Shown here piece after piece: positions 9,988 to 20,770 of a stretch of 64,000 nt of DNA; position 1 is the first letter of the stretch, and each line of letters starts with the position of its first letter. Both the position numbers and the translations under genes were made by a program. Origin of the DNA: Fibrobacteria bacterium (GTDB lineage Bacteria; Fibrobacterota; Fibrobacteria; UBA11236); the NCBI GenBank assembly GCA_043745805.1, contig JAYTSD010000006.1:95180-159179 (forward strand), given 5' to 3'. The notes beneath the pieces were generated by a model. That model did not search any database, was not told the DNA's origin, and saw only the letters and a list, made by a program, of their open reading frames with translations.

Positions 9988-11079
9988 TTAAAAACCAACG
10001 CTAAGGCCGATAGAAGCGAAAAGTCCGGGAGCTCCGCCACCAATGAATTGTGGGCCATTGGACAAGAGAGCTTCTCTAACTAAACCTTCTATTGCAAAAT
10101 TATCTTTGGTCCAGCGTAAACCTAAAGACATGTCGGCACCATCGGTAAGGGCTGCATTATTGTCTTCTTGTGTTACATAGGCAATTGTAACTCCAGCACC
10201 TGCTTGGGTATCAAATCCCCAACCTAATTTTTTTTGAAATGAAATATTGGGTGTCGAAGCGATAGTATATCCTGAGGCATCCGGTCCTGGATCGGCACTT
10301 GCGGAATTGTAAATAAAGGAATTATTAGACCCTAAAAATACGGAAAAGTCATCCGATGCTTGCAAGATATAGCCGTGGTAAAAGGATAAATTGATGTTCG
10401 TTAAGCCATTTTTGGCGGCACCCGCTTTATTACTGGAAAAATTCATGTTCAATTCAACATTAAGCGCATGTTCGCCTGCTTGAGAGGCATCTTTTTTCCA
10501 TCCGGCCATGAAGTTAAGTAAATGATTTTCAGTGGTAACTGTGGGGCCAGCTACAGGAATAACTTCTATAGCATTGTTATTGCCTATCGTTAGATCGTCA
10601 AAACCTGCATAGTAGGCCACTTGCCCATAAACATCACCGACACTCCCAAGGTTAAAGCTACCAAAACCACCAAGACCTTGACCTTCAAAATTGGTAGTGG
10701 TTTTGCCCGCAATTGGATCTTCCGTATGGGTACGATGTAAAGAAACAATTAATCCACCACCCCAGGCACCAGTTGAGCCTACACCAGTTCGAATTTCAGC
10801 TTCACCTGGATTGCTTCTAGCCGTTCCAAACCAATTCAAATTCCCACCTTTAAAGGAATAGGCTGCATTGGTTAATTGCGCGTTGCCCCAGCCGGCAATG
10901 TATTGCTGATTGATTAAATGGGGTCTTTTGGTTAAATCATCAACCGTATTGTCGGATGCAGCATTGCCTTTCACAACCTCGCTGTACAAGCCCGTCCGTG
11001 GGGCGGTTGCAGCTGCAAGAGCTGAACCGTATAGGCCGGTTAAAATTAGGGTTGATAATGCACTTTTAGTTAATCTCAT
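9988..11079 (-). CDS. Outer-membrane beta-barrel (porin-like) protein
   Basis: Signal peptide, Gly/aromatic alternating strands, C-terminal GLSVGF, strong SD (AAGGAG). Confidence 0.65.
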   Translation of the reverse strand: MRLTKSALSTLILTGLYGSALAAATAPRTGLYSEVVKGNAASDNTVDDLTKRPHLINQQYIAGWGNAQLTNAAYSFKGGNLNWFGTARSNPGEAEIRTGVGSTGAWGGGLIVSLHRTHTEDPIAGKTTTNFEGQGLGGFGSFNLGSVGDVYGQVAYYAGFDDLTIGNNNAIEVIPVAGPTVTTENHLLNFMAGWKKDASQAGEHALNVELNMNFSSNKAGAAKNGLTNINLSFYHGYILQASDDFSVFLGSNNSFIYNSASADPGPDASGYTIASTPNISFQKKLGWGFDTQAGAGVTIAYVTQEDNNAALTDGADMSLGLRWTKDNFAIEGLVREALLSNGPQFIGGGAPGLFASIGLSVGF

Positions 11080-11228
11080 TGATTTACTCCTTTATATGAT
11101 TTCAAGAAAAGAAACCTCACAAAACTTACAAATTTTAACAAAAAGCCAATATCCCCTAGAAAAATATATTGTTAACAATTGTTGATAGACTGTGGGTACT
11201 TTATACAGAAAAGCAAAAAATTCGTGTT

Positions 11229-12206
11229 TTAAGTGATTTCGGTAATGATGATGCTCTCAAACTGATTGAGTTCTTTTTCATGATATTGCAAAAAAATTGT
11301 TTCGGTGCGCACGCCTCTTAAAATATTTACAATGAATCGACTATATCGATGTACCAAAGACATGCCTCTTCCACTTTCATCCCATATTCCTGGTGGAAGT
11401 TTTTCATCGCCAATACACGATTGTCGACGGAGTTTTTCTAATAAACGCAGCATGCTTAAATTACCGCTGGAGTCTTGAATGGAGAAACCAATTTTTTCAT
11501 GATCTACAGCGAAGCTTACCTTGATGGCTTTGCGTTCGGGTATAAAAATTTCGGGTGAAGCGGTTAATAAATATTTATCACGATTTTCGGGAGTGATGCC
11601 TTCAATAGCATATGAAAAAGTATTGAGGAGTAACTCATGTAAGAACATTCTAAAATTTGCTTTTTCTTCTTCATGCACATACGTATGAAAAAAATCGAAA
11701 CCTTCTTGAATAACTTTTTGTACTTCTACTTGTCCGGCATAGGTTTTATAAAGTGGGCCAACTTCAAAGCCATGCGGAAAATAAGGATCGAAACCAAATA
11801 TATTTCCGGTTAAAAGCCTAATAGTTAAGGCGCGAATTATAGCCGGATCAAATTGTTTTTTACGAATAATATTACTCACCAAACAATTTTGCGCTACGCG
11901 AAAATAATCCATGTCGGGCTCTACGACTAAAACAATTTGTAAACGAGTATTAAATTTGCGAATAGAGGCTATTAATAAGGACTCTATGTCTACAGCTTCA
12001 CTTTCCATTTCAATAAATACCAAACCTGGACTTTGTGCAGGAAGTGATTTTTGCCAAGTGAGGCGCGGTGAAAAAAAGAATTCAGGCGCTAATCGATAAC
12101 CCTCTTCCCAACTAATTTGGGCATAGCATTCACCTAATCGATTTGCTAATTCCACATTACTGCTAAGCAGTATAATGGGAAGAGTATGCGGTTTTAGAGT
12201 AGTCAT
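11229..12206 (-). CDS. Degenerate receiver domain + RsbW-like (HATPase_c) kinase domain
   Basis: Receiver-like N-terminus (IILLS..LVFIEME..IVLV..IIRK). C-terminal HELLLN, IQDSSG, ESGRGMSLV GHKL-type motifs. Confidence 0.55.
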   Translation of the reverse strand: MTTLKPHTLPIILLSSNVELANRLGECYAQISWEEGYRLAPEFFFSPRLTWQKSLPAQSPGLVFIEMESEAVDIESLLIASIRKFNTRLQIVLVVEPDMDYFRVAQNCLVSNIIRKKQFDPAIIRALTIRLLTGNIFGFDPYFPHGFEVGPLYKTYAGQVEVQKVIQEGFDFFHTYVHEEEKANFRMFLHELLLNTFSYAIEGITPENRDKYLLTASPEIFIPERKAIKVSFAVDHEKIGFSIQDSSGNLSMLRLLEKLRRQSCIGDEKLPPGIWDESGRGMSLVHRYSRFIVNILRGVRTETIFLQYHEKELNQFESIIITEIT

Positions 12207-12421
12207 AAGTTGTGTTATTTCCTGTGATTATAACATTTTCTCATTTAACTCTAACAGACAAAGTTTCCTTAATGCAATATTTTCGCTACTTGTGCGATTA
12301 GTGTTTTTAAGTCTAAAAAAGAAAGTCATTGAAATATCTCTAGAAAAGGTTGATAATAAATTGACCATAAAAACTAACCCGCTCCGCATGGCGGGTTGAA
12401 AATGAGTGTAGGAGCCCAGTA

Positions 12422-12970
12422 ATGTTAACCACAGGAGAAGTTGCAAAATTATTCCACGTGTCCGCCCAAACCGTCATCAATTGGCTCGATCAAGGTCGCA
12501 TGCCTTTCGAAAGAATTGGTCGCGGACCTCGGCGTTTGACGGAAGAAAGTGTGATGCGTTATGTTGAGGAAATTGGTATTTCCCCCGAAGCATTAGACGA
12601 AGAAATTTATGCTCGCGCTACAAAAGCGGCCGCTGCCTATCGTAATAGCACCGGTCCCGCCGTAGTTGTAACGGATATTGATTTAAAAATAGTCGCTTGG
12701 AATGATGCTGCTCGCAATTTATACGGTCACACCCAAGTTGAAATGTTGGGTAAACCGATTGCCAAGTTCGTAACGAAATTAAGCAATAATGAGAGTTCAA
12801 TTGAAAATTTAATGCGTTCTCCATGGCAAGATAAATCTCTCGTGGTGGAAGCCATGCAAGATACTCGCTTTGGAAAAAGTATTTTTGGTTCGATCACAAT
12901 TTCACGCTATTTCATGGATGGCCAATTGGCTGGCTATGTTTTGGCTTGTCATGAAAAAATCAAAAAATAA
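12422..12970 (+). CDS. Excisionase/MerR-like HTH + PAS domain regulator
   Basis: LTTGEVAKLFHVSAQTVINW..G HTH; PAS motif IVAWNDAARNLYGH...MLGK; SD AGGAG. Confidence 0.8.
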   Translation: MLTTGEVAKLFHVSAQTVINWLDQGRMPFERIGRGPRRLTEESVMRYVEEIGISPEALDEEIYARATKAAAAYRNSTGPAVVVTDIDLKIVAWNDAARNLYGHTQVEMLGKPIAKFVTKLSNNESSIENLMRSPWQDKSLVVEAMQDTRFGKSIFGSITISRYFMDGQLAGYVLACHEKIKK

Positions 12971-12991
12971 ACTTTAGGCTTAGCATTTTTT

Positions 12992-13021
12992 AAAAAGGCT
13001 GCTTTAAAAAGCGGCCTTTTT
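12992..13021. terminator. Bidirectional intrinsic terminator
   Basis: AAAAAGGCTGCTTT / AAAGCGGCCTTTTT hairpin with A/T tracts between convergent genes. Confidence 0.75.
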
Positions 13022-13340
13022 ATTTTGTCGAATCGATTTTTGATTTTGCGGGTAAATAGCGAAAAACTTTTTCATTATGTTTTATCATGCCTAATTCTTT
13101 ACGGGCAATAATTTCGATATAAGACGTGTCATTTTTTAAGCGCGTACTTTCGGCTACTAATTCTTCTTTACGGAATTGTAAGCTATCCATAGCTTGTTGT
13201 TGTTGTTTTTGTTGGCGATTAAGCGCATTAACGTTTAATATTCCGCTAGGTCCAGTTAAAACAGAATAAAGAGTGAGGCAAAGAAAGGCAAGAATTACAT
13301 AACGAAGCCATTTAATTTTTTTCTTTGCTGTATTTGCCAT
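13020..13340 (-). CDS. ftsB: Septum formation initiator FtsB/DivIC
   Basis: N-terminal TM, GPSG, coiled coil, IEIIARKELGMIKHNE motif. Confidence 0.8.
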   Translation of the reverse strand: MANTAKKKIKWLRYVILAFLCLTLYSVLTGPSGILNVNALNRQQKQQQQAMDSLQFRKEELVAESTRLKNDTSYIEIIARKELGMIKHNEKVFRYLPAKSKIDSTK

Positions 13341-13375
13341 GATTATGTGGCAAAGTATAGCAAAATGAAAGGTTA

Positions 13376-14644
13376 TTAGGCCAGCTGATAACAGGGTCCA
13401 GGCGTTTTACGCACCCAGCCTTTAAGTTCCAAACGCAATAATACCGAAAGCATTTGCGATAAGGGTGCCGCACTCCAATCGGTATTGAGTTTGGTATGGT
13501 GATAAATAAAATCAACCGGTAAGGGTTCTTTTTTTAAGGTGGAAAGTAAACACTTTTCACCAAGATTAAGGGAATCTAAATTATGTGAGGAGGATAAGGT
13601 AAGGGTTTTTGTTTTATAGGCTAATGATGGAGAAGCATTGTTAGCATTAGGTACATTAGGAATTTTGGAGTCAATAGAAATAGTATTGAACTTGGTTGTA
13701 TGCATAGGTCCAGGAGCATATACAATATGTACAGGAACCTTAATTGCTTGAGAAGAAGTGGATGATGCGGTTAAGGGTTCGTTAAAGTGACGTAACACAT
13801 CGATGGCATTGCAAACCAAATGTGCCCCTTCCTTAATTAAGAGATTCGTGCCGGAAGAATTAATATTTTCAATTGAACCCGGTAAAGCAAAGATTTTTTT
13901 GTTTTGCGCTAAAGCGTAACGGGCAGTAATTAAAGCGCCGCTATCTTCACCGGCTTCAATGACTAAAGTACCTTTGGATAAAGCACTAATAATGCGATTG
14001 CGTTGTGGAAAGTGACTGGCTTGGGGCCGCGTCCCAAAGGGGAATTCGGAAATCACTGCGCCTTGCTTGGTGATTAAATGGAAAAGCCCTGCATTTTCAC
14101 GCGGATAAATATGATCCAAGCCGCTGCCAATTACGGCTATGGTGCGAGCGCCCACTTTAAGCGCCGCTTGATGGGCATAGGTGTCCACTCCCTTGGCCAA
14201 TCCGGAGACAATGGTATGCGTAGCACCTAAATCAGCAGCCATACGAACCGTATGCGAGGCTCCATAAGCTGAAGGGCAGCGTGTTCCCACAATGGCGATA
14301 CTTTGCGCATCTTTAGCTTCCCAATGTCCCAGCATATAAATGAATGGTGGAGGATACACTAAGGACTCCCTCAATGAGGCAGGATATTGTGGGGCATGCC
14401 AAGGCACTATGGACGCTCCATACTTCACACAATGGTCAAATTGACGATCAACTTCGCGTAAATTGGGGCCTTGCAAAATTCGATTAAGAGTGGGGGTTTT
14501 GATTTTGAGCGGAATTGATTTTAGCTCTTTCTCGGTCGCGCTGAAAATGCGTTGGCAGGATCCGAAATGCCCTAAAAGCCGGTGAAAAGACACCGGACCC
14601 ATGCCGTCGACCAGAGAAAGAGCCAAAGCGAGTTTGAATTCCAT
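13376..14644 (-). CDS. dprA: DNA-processing protein DprA
   Basis: AIVGTR, IVSGLAKGVD, FPQRNRIISALS, SGALITA; C-terminal winged helix LLRLELKG. ATG at 14644 follows GAGGGA. Confidence 0.95.
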   Translation of the reverse strand: MEFKLALALSLVDGMGPVSFHRLLGHFGSCQRIFSATEKELKSIPLKIKTPTLNRILQGPNLREVDRQFDHCVKYGASIVPWHAPQYPASLRESLVYPPPFIYMLGHWEAKDAQSIAIVGTRCPSAYGASHTVRMAADLGATHTIVSGLAKGVDTYAHQAALKVGARTIAVIGSGLDHIYPRENAGLFHLITKQGAVISEFPFGTRPQASHFPQRNRIISALSKGTLVIEAGEDSGALITARYALAQNKKIFALPGSIENINSSGTNLLIKEGAHLVCNAIDVLRHFNEPLTASSTSSQAIKVPVHIVYAPGPMHTTKFNTISIDSKIPNVPNANNASPSLAYKTKTLTLSSSHNLDSLNLGEKCLLSTLKKEPLPVDFIYHHTKLNTDWSAAPLSQMLSVLLRLELKGWVRKTPGPCYQLA

Positions 14645-14759
14645 AAGCAAATCCCTCTAATATCTATTTCATAAATATACTGCACATAAAAGCACTATGC
14701 AAGGAGAATATTAAAAAATATGCAATTATTTGATTTTGGGATTTTGTTATCGTTGCATC

Positions 14760-15548
14760 ATGTCAAAAAAAAATATCGCCGATCTATTAGTCATTATGGA
14801 AAAACTCCGCAGTCCCGAAGGTTGTCCTTGGGATAAAGAACAAAATCATTCCAGCATACTTTCATGCCTCATTGAAGAAACCTATGAGTTTATTGATGCC
14901 GTGGAAAATTCCGATTTGGAAAATATGCAAGAGGAATTGGGTGATTTGCTTTTGCAAGTGGTGTTCCATGCGCAAATGGCCAATGAAAAAGGTCATTTTA
15001 ATTTTGAAGATGTGGCCGATGGTATTAGCGAAAAGTTAATTCGCCGCCATCCGCATGTATTTGGGGAAGTGCAATTGCAAGGCTCGGATGCAGTAGTGGT
15101 GCAATGGGAAGAAATTAAAAAACAAGAAAAACAAAATTCGCCAACCCAAGCTCCTAGTGCTTTAAATGGCATTCCTAAACATTTACCGGCTTTGCTTAAA
15201 GCGCAAAAAATTCAGAAGAAGGCCGCGCAAGTTGGATTTGATTGGCCGGATAGCAAAGGCTCTGCGGAAAAAATTCGTGAAGAGCTAAGTGAATTTGAAA
15301 AAGAAATTCAGGCGGGTGATACGGAAAAAATGGAACAAGAATTTGGTGACTTGCTTTTTTCCGTAGTTAACCTAGGACGTAAACTTAAAATCGATCCGGA
15401 AAAAGCATTAGGCTTGACCAATCAAAAATTTACCCGTCGCTTTCAGCATGTAGAAAGTTTATTACTCAGCGAAGGCAAGCAGGCGAAGGATCTAGACCTC
15501 GCTGCACTTGACCACTATTGGGAGCAAGCTAAAAAACACCTTGGATGA
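14760..15548 (+). CDS. mazG: Nucleoside triphosphate pyrophosphohydrolase MazG
   Basis: LRSPEGCPWDKEQ, EELGDLLLQVVFHA, KLIRRHPHVF; tandem MazG domains. Confidence 0.95.
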   Translation: MSKKNIADLLVIMEKLRSPEGCPWDKEQNHSSILSCLIEETYEFIDAVENSDLENMQEELGDLLLQVVFHAQMANEKGHFNFEDVADGISEKLIRRHPHVFGEVQLQGSDAVVVQWEEIKKQEKQNSPTQAPSALNGIPKHLPALLKAQKIQKKAAQVGFDWPDSKGSAEKIREELSEFEKEIQAGDTEKMEQEFGDLLFSVVNLGRKLKIDPEKALGLTNQKFTRRFQHVESLLLSEGKQAKDLDLAALDHYWEQAKKHLG

Positions 15549-15566
15549 ATCCTCGGAACATTTTTT

Positions 15567-16436
15567 TTATTGACGTATAGCTGCCAGCATGAGCATGGCT
15601 TCGCGCGTTTCGGCTACATCATGCACGCGTAATATGGCCGCGCCTTTGAGGGCCGCATAGAGAGCGGTAGCAATGCTGGGAATAAGACGGTTGGAGTTTT
15701 CTAAACCTAGCGTTTTGCCGACAAAGGATTTGCGCGAAGCGCCCAATAAAATGGGGCATCCCAAGGTGTCGAAGCTTTCCAACTCTTCAATCAAGCGATA
15801 ATTATGTTGCGGAGTTTTTCCAAAACCAATGCCTGGATCTACTGCGATGAATTCTTTGCTGAGGCCCAATGCTGCCAAGGTTTGGATTTGCTTTTGCAAA
15901 AAGGCATGTACCTCGCGAGTTACGTCTTTGTATTCCGGATCCTTTTGCATATTTTGGGGTTGGCCGCGCATATGATTTAATACCACACCCGCTTGATAAG
16001 CCTGCGGCAATTCGAGCATCATGGGATCAAAAGTCATGGCGCTAATATCATTGATAATCATGGCTCCCGCATCTAAGGCTGTGCGGGCGACTTCGGATTT
16101 TACGGTGTCAATGGAAAGGGGGATCGTAAAGCGTTTGGATAAAGCCGCGATTAAAGGAATGGTGCGGGCGATTTCATCTTGTGTGGAAACTGGCTGCGCG
16201 CCTGGTCGTGAGGACTCTCCCCCAATGTCGAGAATATCTGCGCCTTCGGCAATAAGCTTTTCGGCATGAGCGATGGCTTTATCAAGTTGTTGGTATTGAT
16301 TACCATCGAAAAAAGAATCGGGAGTAACATTAAGGATACCCATAAGGAGAGGGCGATCCCCTCCTAAGGTTTTATTTCCGACTCGCCAAGGACGAGGTTT
16401 AACGGTTTGGATGGGCTTACCCCAAGGTGAGGTCAT
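15567..16436 (-). CDS. folP: Dihydropteroate synthase
   Basis: MGILNVTPDSF, DIGGESSRPG, DPGIGFGK, SRKSF, RVHDV. Confidence 0.97.
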   Translation of the reverse strand: MTSPWGKPIQTVKPRPWRVGNKTLGGDRPLLMGILNVTPDSFFDGNQYQQLDKAIAHAEKLIAEGADILDIGGESSRPGAQPVSTQDEIARTIPLIAALSKRFTIPLSIDTVKSEVARTALDAGAMIINDISAMTFDPMMLELPQAYQAGVVLNHMRGQPQNMQKDPEYKDVTREVHAFLQKQIQTLAALGLSKEFIAVDPGIGFGKTPQHNYRLIEELESFDTLGCPILLGASRKSFVGKTLGLENSNRLIPSIATALYAALKGAAILRVHDVAETREAMLMLAAIRQ

Positions 16437-16441
16437 GCTGT

Positions 16442-16828
16442 TTATATTGTTTTGGGAGGTTTAGGAAAATAACGGACATCAGCGAGTCCTTTAAAGTCAT
16501 CGTCCTGTGTCCAAAGAATAGCTTGAAAGCGATAAGCTGTAGCTAAAATAATACTATCCGCTAAGGGGAGTTTATGGGTAACACCTAATTTCGCCGCACT
16601 TAAAGACAAGTTCATATCCAAATCTTCAATTTTACCTTGGCGCATTTGGGCGATAGCTTGTAAGGCAACATTTTCATTGCGTTGCTGAAGAATGCGTTTA
16701 AAAACTTCCAGTATAGTTATCGATGGAACGATGAGATTTTCTGTGTCTTCAATGGGGTTTGCAAACACTTGAGCATTATGGCCATTGGAAAAGTATTCCA
16801 GCCAAGCAGAAGAATCGACAACATTCAT
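16442..16828 (-). CDS. vapC: PIN-domain toxin (VapC family)
   Basis: VVDSSAWLEY, LADSIILATA, LWTQDDDF; ATGA overlap with the antitoxin. Confidence 0.9.
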   Translation of the reverse strand: MNVVDSSAWLEYFSNGHNAQVFANPIEDTENLIVPSITILEVFKRILQQRNENVALQAIAQMRQGKIEDLDMNLSLSAAKLGVTHKLPLADSIILATAYRFQAILWTQDDDFKGLADVRYFPKPPKTI

Positions 16829-17031
16829 AAACGATCTTTATCTCTTTTTATTTCCGTATCTATGCCTTTCAAAAATCCTCGCATGCTTTTCATGGGCCGG
16901 ACAGGAATAAATTCAATGCGGTTTTCATATTGAAATAGTTGTACCTTTTCGCCAGCTTTTAAATCCATGCTGTCTCTCACTTCCTTGGGAATGACAACTT
17001 GAAATTTTGGAGATATGGTTAAAGTTTGCAT
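16825..17031 (-). CDS. vapB: AbrB/MazE/SpoVT-family antitoxin
   Basis: TISPKFQVVIPKEVRDSMDLKAG swapped-hairpin motif directly upstream of the PIN gene. Confidence 0.85.
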   Translation of the reverse strand: MQTLTISPKFQVVIPKEVRDSMDLKAGEKVQLFQYENRIEFIPVRPMKSMRGFLKGIDTEIKRDKDRL

Positions 17032-17039
17032 TAGGGCTC

Positions 17040-17091
17040 CTTATCGATAAGCTATTCGTTAAACGATACAGAGATCGATAGAGAATGTCAA
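17040..17091 (-). promoter_or_regulatory. sigma70-type promoter of vapBC with palindromic operator
   Basis: Minus strand TTGACA (17091-17086), 17-bp spacer, TATCGT (17068-17063). Palindrome CTTATCGATAAG at 17040-17051 plus further CGATA half-sites. Confidence 0.65.
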
Positions 17092-17132
17092 GTAAACTTA
17101 GAGACGGTAGAGATTTTAGCGAGAAATAGGAG

Positions 17133-17157
17133 TTAAGTGGCTATTTAAGCCACTTAA
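17133..17157 (-). terminator. Hairpin downstream of ftsH
   Basis: 10-bp inverted repeat TTAAGTGGCT / AGCCACTTAA. Confidence 0.55.
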
Positions 17158-17169
17158 AATAGGGGTATA

Positions 17170-19302
17170 TTAAGCCACCCCATCGAATTTTTTGCCTTTG
17201 TCCTCGGTCTCTGGCTTGGCATCCGTTGCGGTATCCGCAGGAGTGACTACACCTTGCACGGCACTGGGTGCTTCGGGCTGCGCACGATGGCGAACATAAG
17301 CGCGGCTTTTACGCGTGCTGCCTTGTAATTCACCATCCACGGCTTTGGCAATTTCATCTGCTTCCAAAACTTCATGTTCTAGTAGAGCTTCCGCGAGATT
17401 AATCAATTTTTGTTTATTCTCGGTTAACATATTGGTTACCCGTTCCATCTGGGTTTCGATGATTTTTCTTACTTCACGGTCAATAAGCACGGCTGTGGTT
17501 TCGGAATAGTCACGATGCTGGCTGATTTCTCGGCCCAAGAAAATTTCTTCTTGTTTTTTGCCATACGAAATCGGCCCTAATTCCGACATACCCCATTCGG
17601 TAACATATTTACGTGCAAGCTCGGAGGCTCTTTCGATATCGTTGGAAGCACCAGTATTCATTTGATTGAATATCATAAGTTCCGCAGCCCGACCGCCCAT
17701 AAGAATGGCGATTTTATCGAGTACCGAACGTGAATCCATGGTATAGCTGTCTTTAACGGGTAACTGGAAGGTTATCCCTAAAGCGCGTCCACGAGGAATA
17801 ATGGTGATTTTATGGAGAGGATCACTATGTTTTACATTAAGCGAAACAATAGCATGCCCAGCTTCATGATAGGCTGTAGTTCGCTTTTCTTCTTCGGTAA
17901 TAATCCGCGAGAGGCGTTCGGTACCGATCATGATTTTGTCTTTGGCTTCTTCAAAATCGACCATACTCACTTTGTCGAGACCAAAACGTGCCGCTAATAA
18001 ACAAGCTTCATTAACCAAGTTTTCCAAGTCGGCACCCGACAAGCCTGGTGTGCCGCGAGCAATAGTGGCTACATCAATACCTTCCGACAAGGGTACCTTG
18101 CGTTTTTCTAAATGCACTCTTAAAATACCTTCGCGACCTTTCGCATCGGGCAAATCCACCACTATTTGACGATCAAAGCGACCTGGACGCAAGAGCGCAG
18201 GATCAAGTACATCGGCACGATTGGTAGCCGCGATTAATATCACGCCATCATTACTATTAAAGCCGTCCATTTCCACCAGTAACTGATTAAGCGTTTGTTC
18301 ACGTTCATCATGGCCACCACCTACACCGGCACCGCGATGACGTCCTACCGCATCAATTTCATCGATGAATACAATACAGGGCGCATGTTTTTTGCCTTGT
18401 TCAAAAAGATCGCGTACACGAGAGGCACCCACGCCAACAAACATTTCTACGAAATCCGAACCGGACATGCTGAAAAAAGGAACTTCGGCTTCACCGGCAA
18501 CCGCTTTAGCTAAAAGCGTTTTACCAGTTCCTGGAGGGCCTAAAAGTAAAACACCCTTTGGAATGCGTCCCCCAATTTTGGTGAAGCGTAGTGGGTCTTT
18601 TAAGAAGTCAATAATTTCATGTAATTCTTGTTTGGCTTCGTCCGCACCCGCCACATCTTTAAAAGTGATTTTGGGACGATTTTCATCCATCAGCTTGGCA
18701 CGACTTTTACCGAAATTAAATATGCCGCGTGAACCGCCCATTTGGCCTTGGCGGGCCATCATAAACCAGAAAAAGGCAATTAATAAAAAGAGTGGGAAAA
18801 GTGTACTGAGATAACCGAACCAACGGGTTTCTTTAACAAACTCTACTTTTATTCCTTTTGCAGCTAATTGATCCACTAAGGATTGAACTGCCACTTCGCC
18901 TTCGGGCAAAAGCGTTTTGAACTTGACAGTCTTAGCCGAAAAGGCACTATGCTTCTGCTTATGGTCTAGTTGTTCTTGCGGAGTGAGTTGGCGTTCACCT
19001 ACTAAACTGTAGCCTTCCGCAATGCGTTGTAATTCCACCGAAGTAACCACCAAGGTTGTGTCGGCAATGATTTTTTTGAACTCACTATAATTTTTATCCT
19101 CAAGCGGATTTTGCGAATCCAAAACTTGAATCAATAGCATAGTGACTAAAACCATGCCTAAAATGATGGTTAAATTCTTTTTTTTCCATTTATTTCCTGG
19201 CGGCATGCCGGATTTGGAATCGGGAATTTTATTCCGATTGAAGGAGGTATTTTTTTTCTCTTGAACCAAATTGTTCTTCTTATCTTCTAGAGGATCTCGC
19301 AT
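17170..19302 (-). CDS. ftsH: ATP-dependent zinc metalloprotease FtsH
   Basis: Two TMs, [34 protein letters not shown]. Confidence 0.98.
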   Translation of the reverse strand: MRDPLEDKKNNLVQEKKNTSFNRNKIPDSKSGMPPGNKWKKKNLTIILGMVLVTMLLIQVLDSQNPLEDKNYSEFKKIIADTTLVVTSVELQRIAEGYSLVGERQLTPQEQLDHKQKHSAFSAKTVKFKTLLPEGEVAVQSLVDQLAAKGIKVEFVKETRWFGYLSTLFPLFLLIAFFWFMMARQGQMGGSRGIFNFGKSRAKLMDENRPKITFKDVAGADEAKQELHEIIDFLKDPLRFTKIGGRIPKGVLLLGPPGTGKTLLAKAVAGEAEVPFFSMSGSDFVEMFVGVGASRVRDLFEQGKKHAPCIVFIDEIDAVGRHRGAGVGGGHDEREQTLNQLLVEMDGFNSNDGVILIAATNRADVLDPALLRPGRFDRQIVVDLPDAKGREGILRVHLEKRKVPLSEGIDVATIARGTPGLSGADLENLVNEACLLAARFGLDKVSMVDFEEAKDKIMIGTERLSRIITEEEKRTTAYHEAGHAIVSLNVKHSDPLHKITIIPRGRALGITFQLPVKDSYTMDSRSVLDKIAILMGGRAAELMIFNQMNTGASNDIERASELARKYVTEWGMSELGPISYGKKQEEIFLGREISQHRDYSETTAVLIDREVRKIIETQMERVTNMLTENKQKLINLAEALLEHEVLEADEIAKAVDGELQGSTRKSRAYVRHRAQPEAPSAVQGVVTPADTATDAKPETEDKGKKFDGVA

Positions 19303-20744
19303 TGCAGGACCAATTTTAAAATGTTACGGGTGTCTTCTCCCACTTTGAAAAAATCGGAATTACCATAGCCTGGAATCCAAGCGATTATATCCTGAGACAT
19401 AATCAATGGTAAAGCTTCTCTTTTTTCGAGTGGAATTTTCTTTTCATTTAAAAATACCTTAAGCTTGCGATGATGACTAGAAACGCCAAATGGCGAAAAT
19501 CGATCACCTGCATGCTTTGTTCTAATATTCAATGTACTTGAAAATACATCGGCATCAAAGAGTGCGACAGAATCGCTACTAAGTGGATAGTTTATTTCCA
19601 TCGGTTTGGGAAACTTTTCCATCATTAAATGATACTTAATCCTTCCCCATTGCCAAATAAACTCTTGCTTAGTAAACGAAGCATTTAGAACCGTCGTTTC
19701 ATTCTGATACTGCTCGGCTTTTATGGTAGCATTATTTTTTATGCAAAGCACTTTTCCATGCTCTTCCTTTAAACTCCAATAGGGACTTAAGGGTAAATGC
19801 AATGTTCCTTTTTTTAGCAGCCATTGGCGACAAAATTCTTCTAAAAGGCGATGGCTCAAAGCAAAAACATCCGTATTTGATGCTGTTTTATAAAGTTTTT
19901 CAATTCCCAAGGCTAAATAGTCGAATTCTTGATTGGCTATTAATTCATCAATCGTCTTAGAGGAAAGGGTGGCTTTTTCAAATGTTTCAAATTGTATCAA
20001 GGTATTACTTAAAAGGTTTTCCATCTTAGGCCATATCTCACGCAAAGAACAGGCCATATTCCAAATGCGATTTTTTAAATCCGCATTTTCTTTTTCCAAG
20101 GACGGTATAAATTGATGACGATACCAATTTCGGTCGATGCGAATATCTTGATTACTGTGATCTTCTTTCCACCTTAAATTAAAATATTGGGCATAGGCTT
20201 GTATCTCCACTTTACTCCAAGACAAGAGTGGCCGCACAATATTCGGCTTGCGCTGAAAAGGAATCGCGCATAAACCTCGAAGGGTAGAGCCGCGTCCAAG
20301 GCGTTGAAAAAAAGTTTCGATTACATCATCGCGATGATGCGCAGTGAGTACAAAATCAAAATGATGGGCTTGCGACAATTCGGCAAAAAAACCATAACGT
20401 GCTTTGCGCGCCCACATTTCTAAAGATTGGCGAGGAAGTTTAGTTTTAGGGTTTAAGGCTTTCGTGTAAAATGGAATTTTTGCTTTTTCACAATAGGTCT
20501 GCAAAAAAACTTCTTCGGCAGATGATTCTTGGCGCAAATGATGATTAATATGCGCTACGCTTAATTTGACAGGCAGAGAAATGGCAATGAAGTGCTGAAA
20601 AAAGTGCAACATCACCATGGAGTCGAGGCCGCTAGAAACAGCTAACAATAAGCTTTTATTTTGCGGATCAAAATTTTTACTTTGCCAAAAATTTTGCAGC
20701 GAATTTATTTGGGAGCGAAGCGCTAGAGGCAAATTTTCTAGCAT
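19287..20744 (-). CDS. tilS: tRNA(Ile)-lysidine synthetase
   Basis: [10 protein letters not shown]-loop, ARKARY, TAHHRDD, RPLL, C-terminal TilS_C-like domain. Confidence 0.93.
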   Translation of the reverse strand: MLENLPLALRSQINSLQNFWQSKNFDPQNKSLLLAVSSGLDSMVMLHFFQHFIAISLPVKLSVAHINHHLRQESSAEEVFLQTYCEKAKIPFYTKALNPKTKLPRQSLEMWARKARYGFFAELSQAHHFDFVLTAHHRDDVIETFFQRLGRGSTLRGLCAIPFQRKPNIVRPLLSWSKVEIQAYAQYFNLRWKEDHSNQDIRIDRNWYRHQFIPSLEKENADLKNRIWNMACSLREIWPKMENLLSNTLIQFETFEKATLSSKTIDELIANQEFDYLALGIEKLYKTASNTDVFALSHRLLEEFCRQWLLKKGTLHLPLSPYWSLKEEHGKVLCIKNNATIKAEQYQNETTVLNASFTKQEFIWQWGRIKYHLMMEKFPKPMEINYPLSSDSVALFDADVFSSTLNIRTKHAGDRFSPFGVSSHHRKLKVFLNEKKIPLEKREALPLIMSQDIIAWIPGYGNSDFFKVGEDTRNILKLVLQCEIL

Positions 20745-20770
20745 AGGATTAGCAGAGAGGGGATGAAAAA

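Noticed and set aside
11168-11183. Palindrome ATTGTTAACAAT upstream of the porin-like gene
   Set aside because: AT-rich single occurrence with no linked regulator; cannot be distinguished from chance.
12349-12370. Fur box (GATAAT...)
   Set aside because: Only a half-site match; better described as a direct repeat.
12422-12970. Prophage/ICE excisionase
   Set aside because: The HTH is fused to PAS, and there is no integrase, att-linked tRNA or phage gene nearby.
17315-18814. Several + strand ORFs opposite ftsH (and similar ones opposite prsK, folP, proAB, gcvP, speA)
   Set aside because: Antisense shadows of conserved genes with no protein-like motifs.
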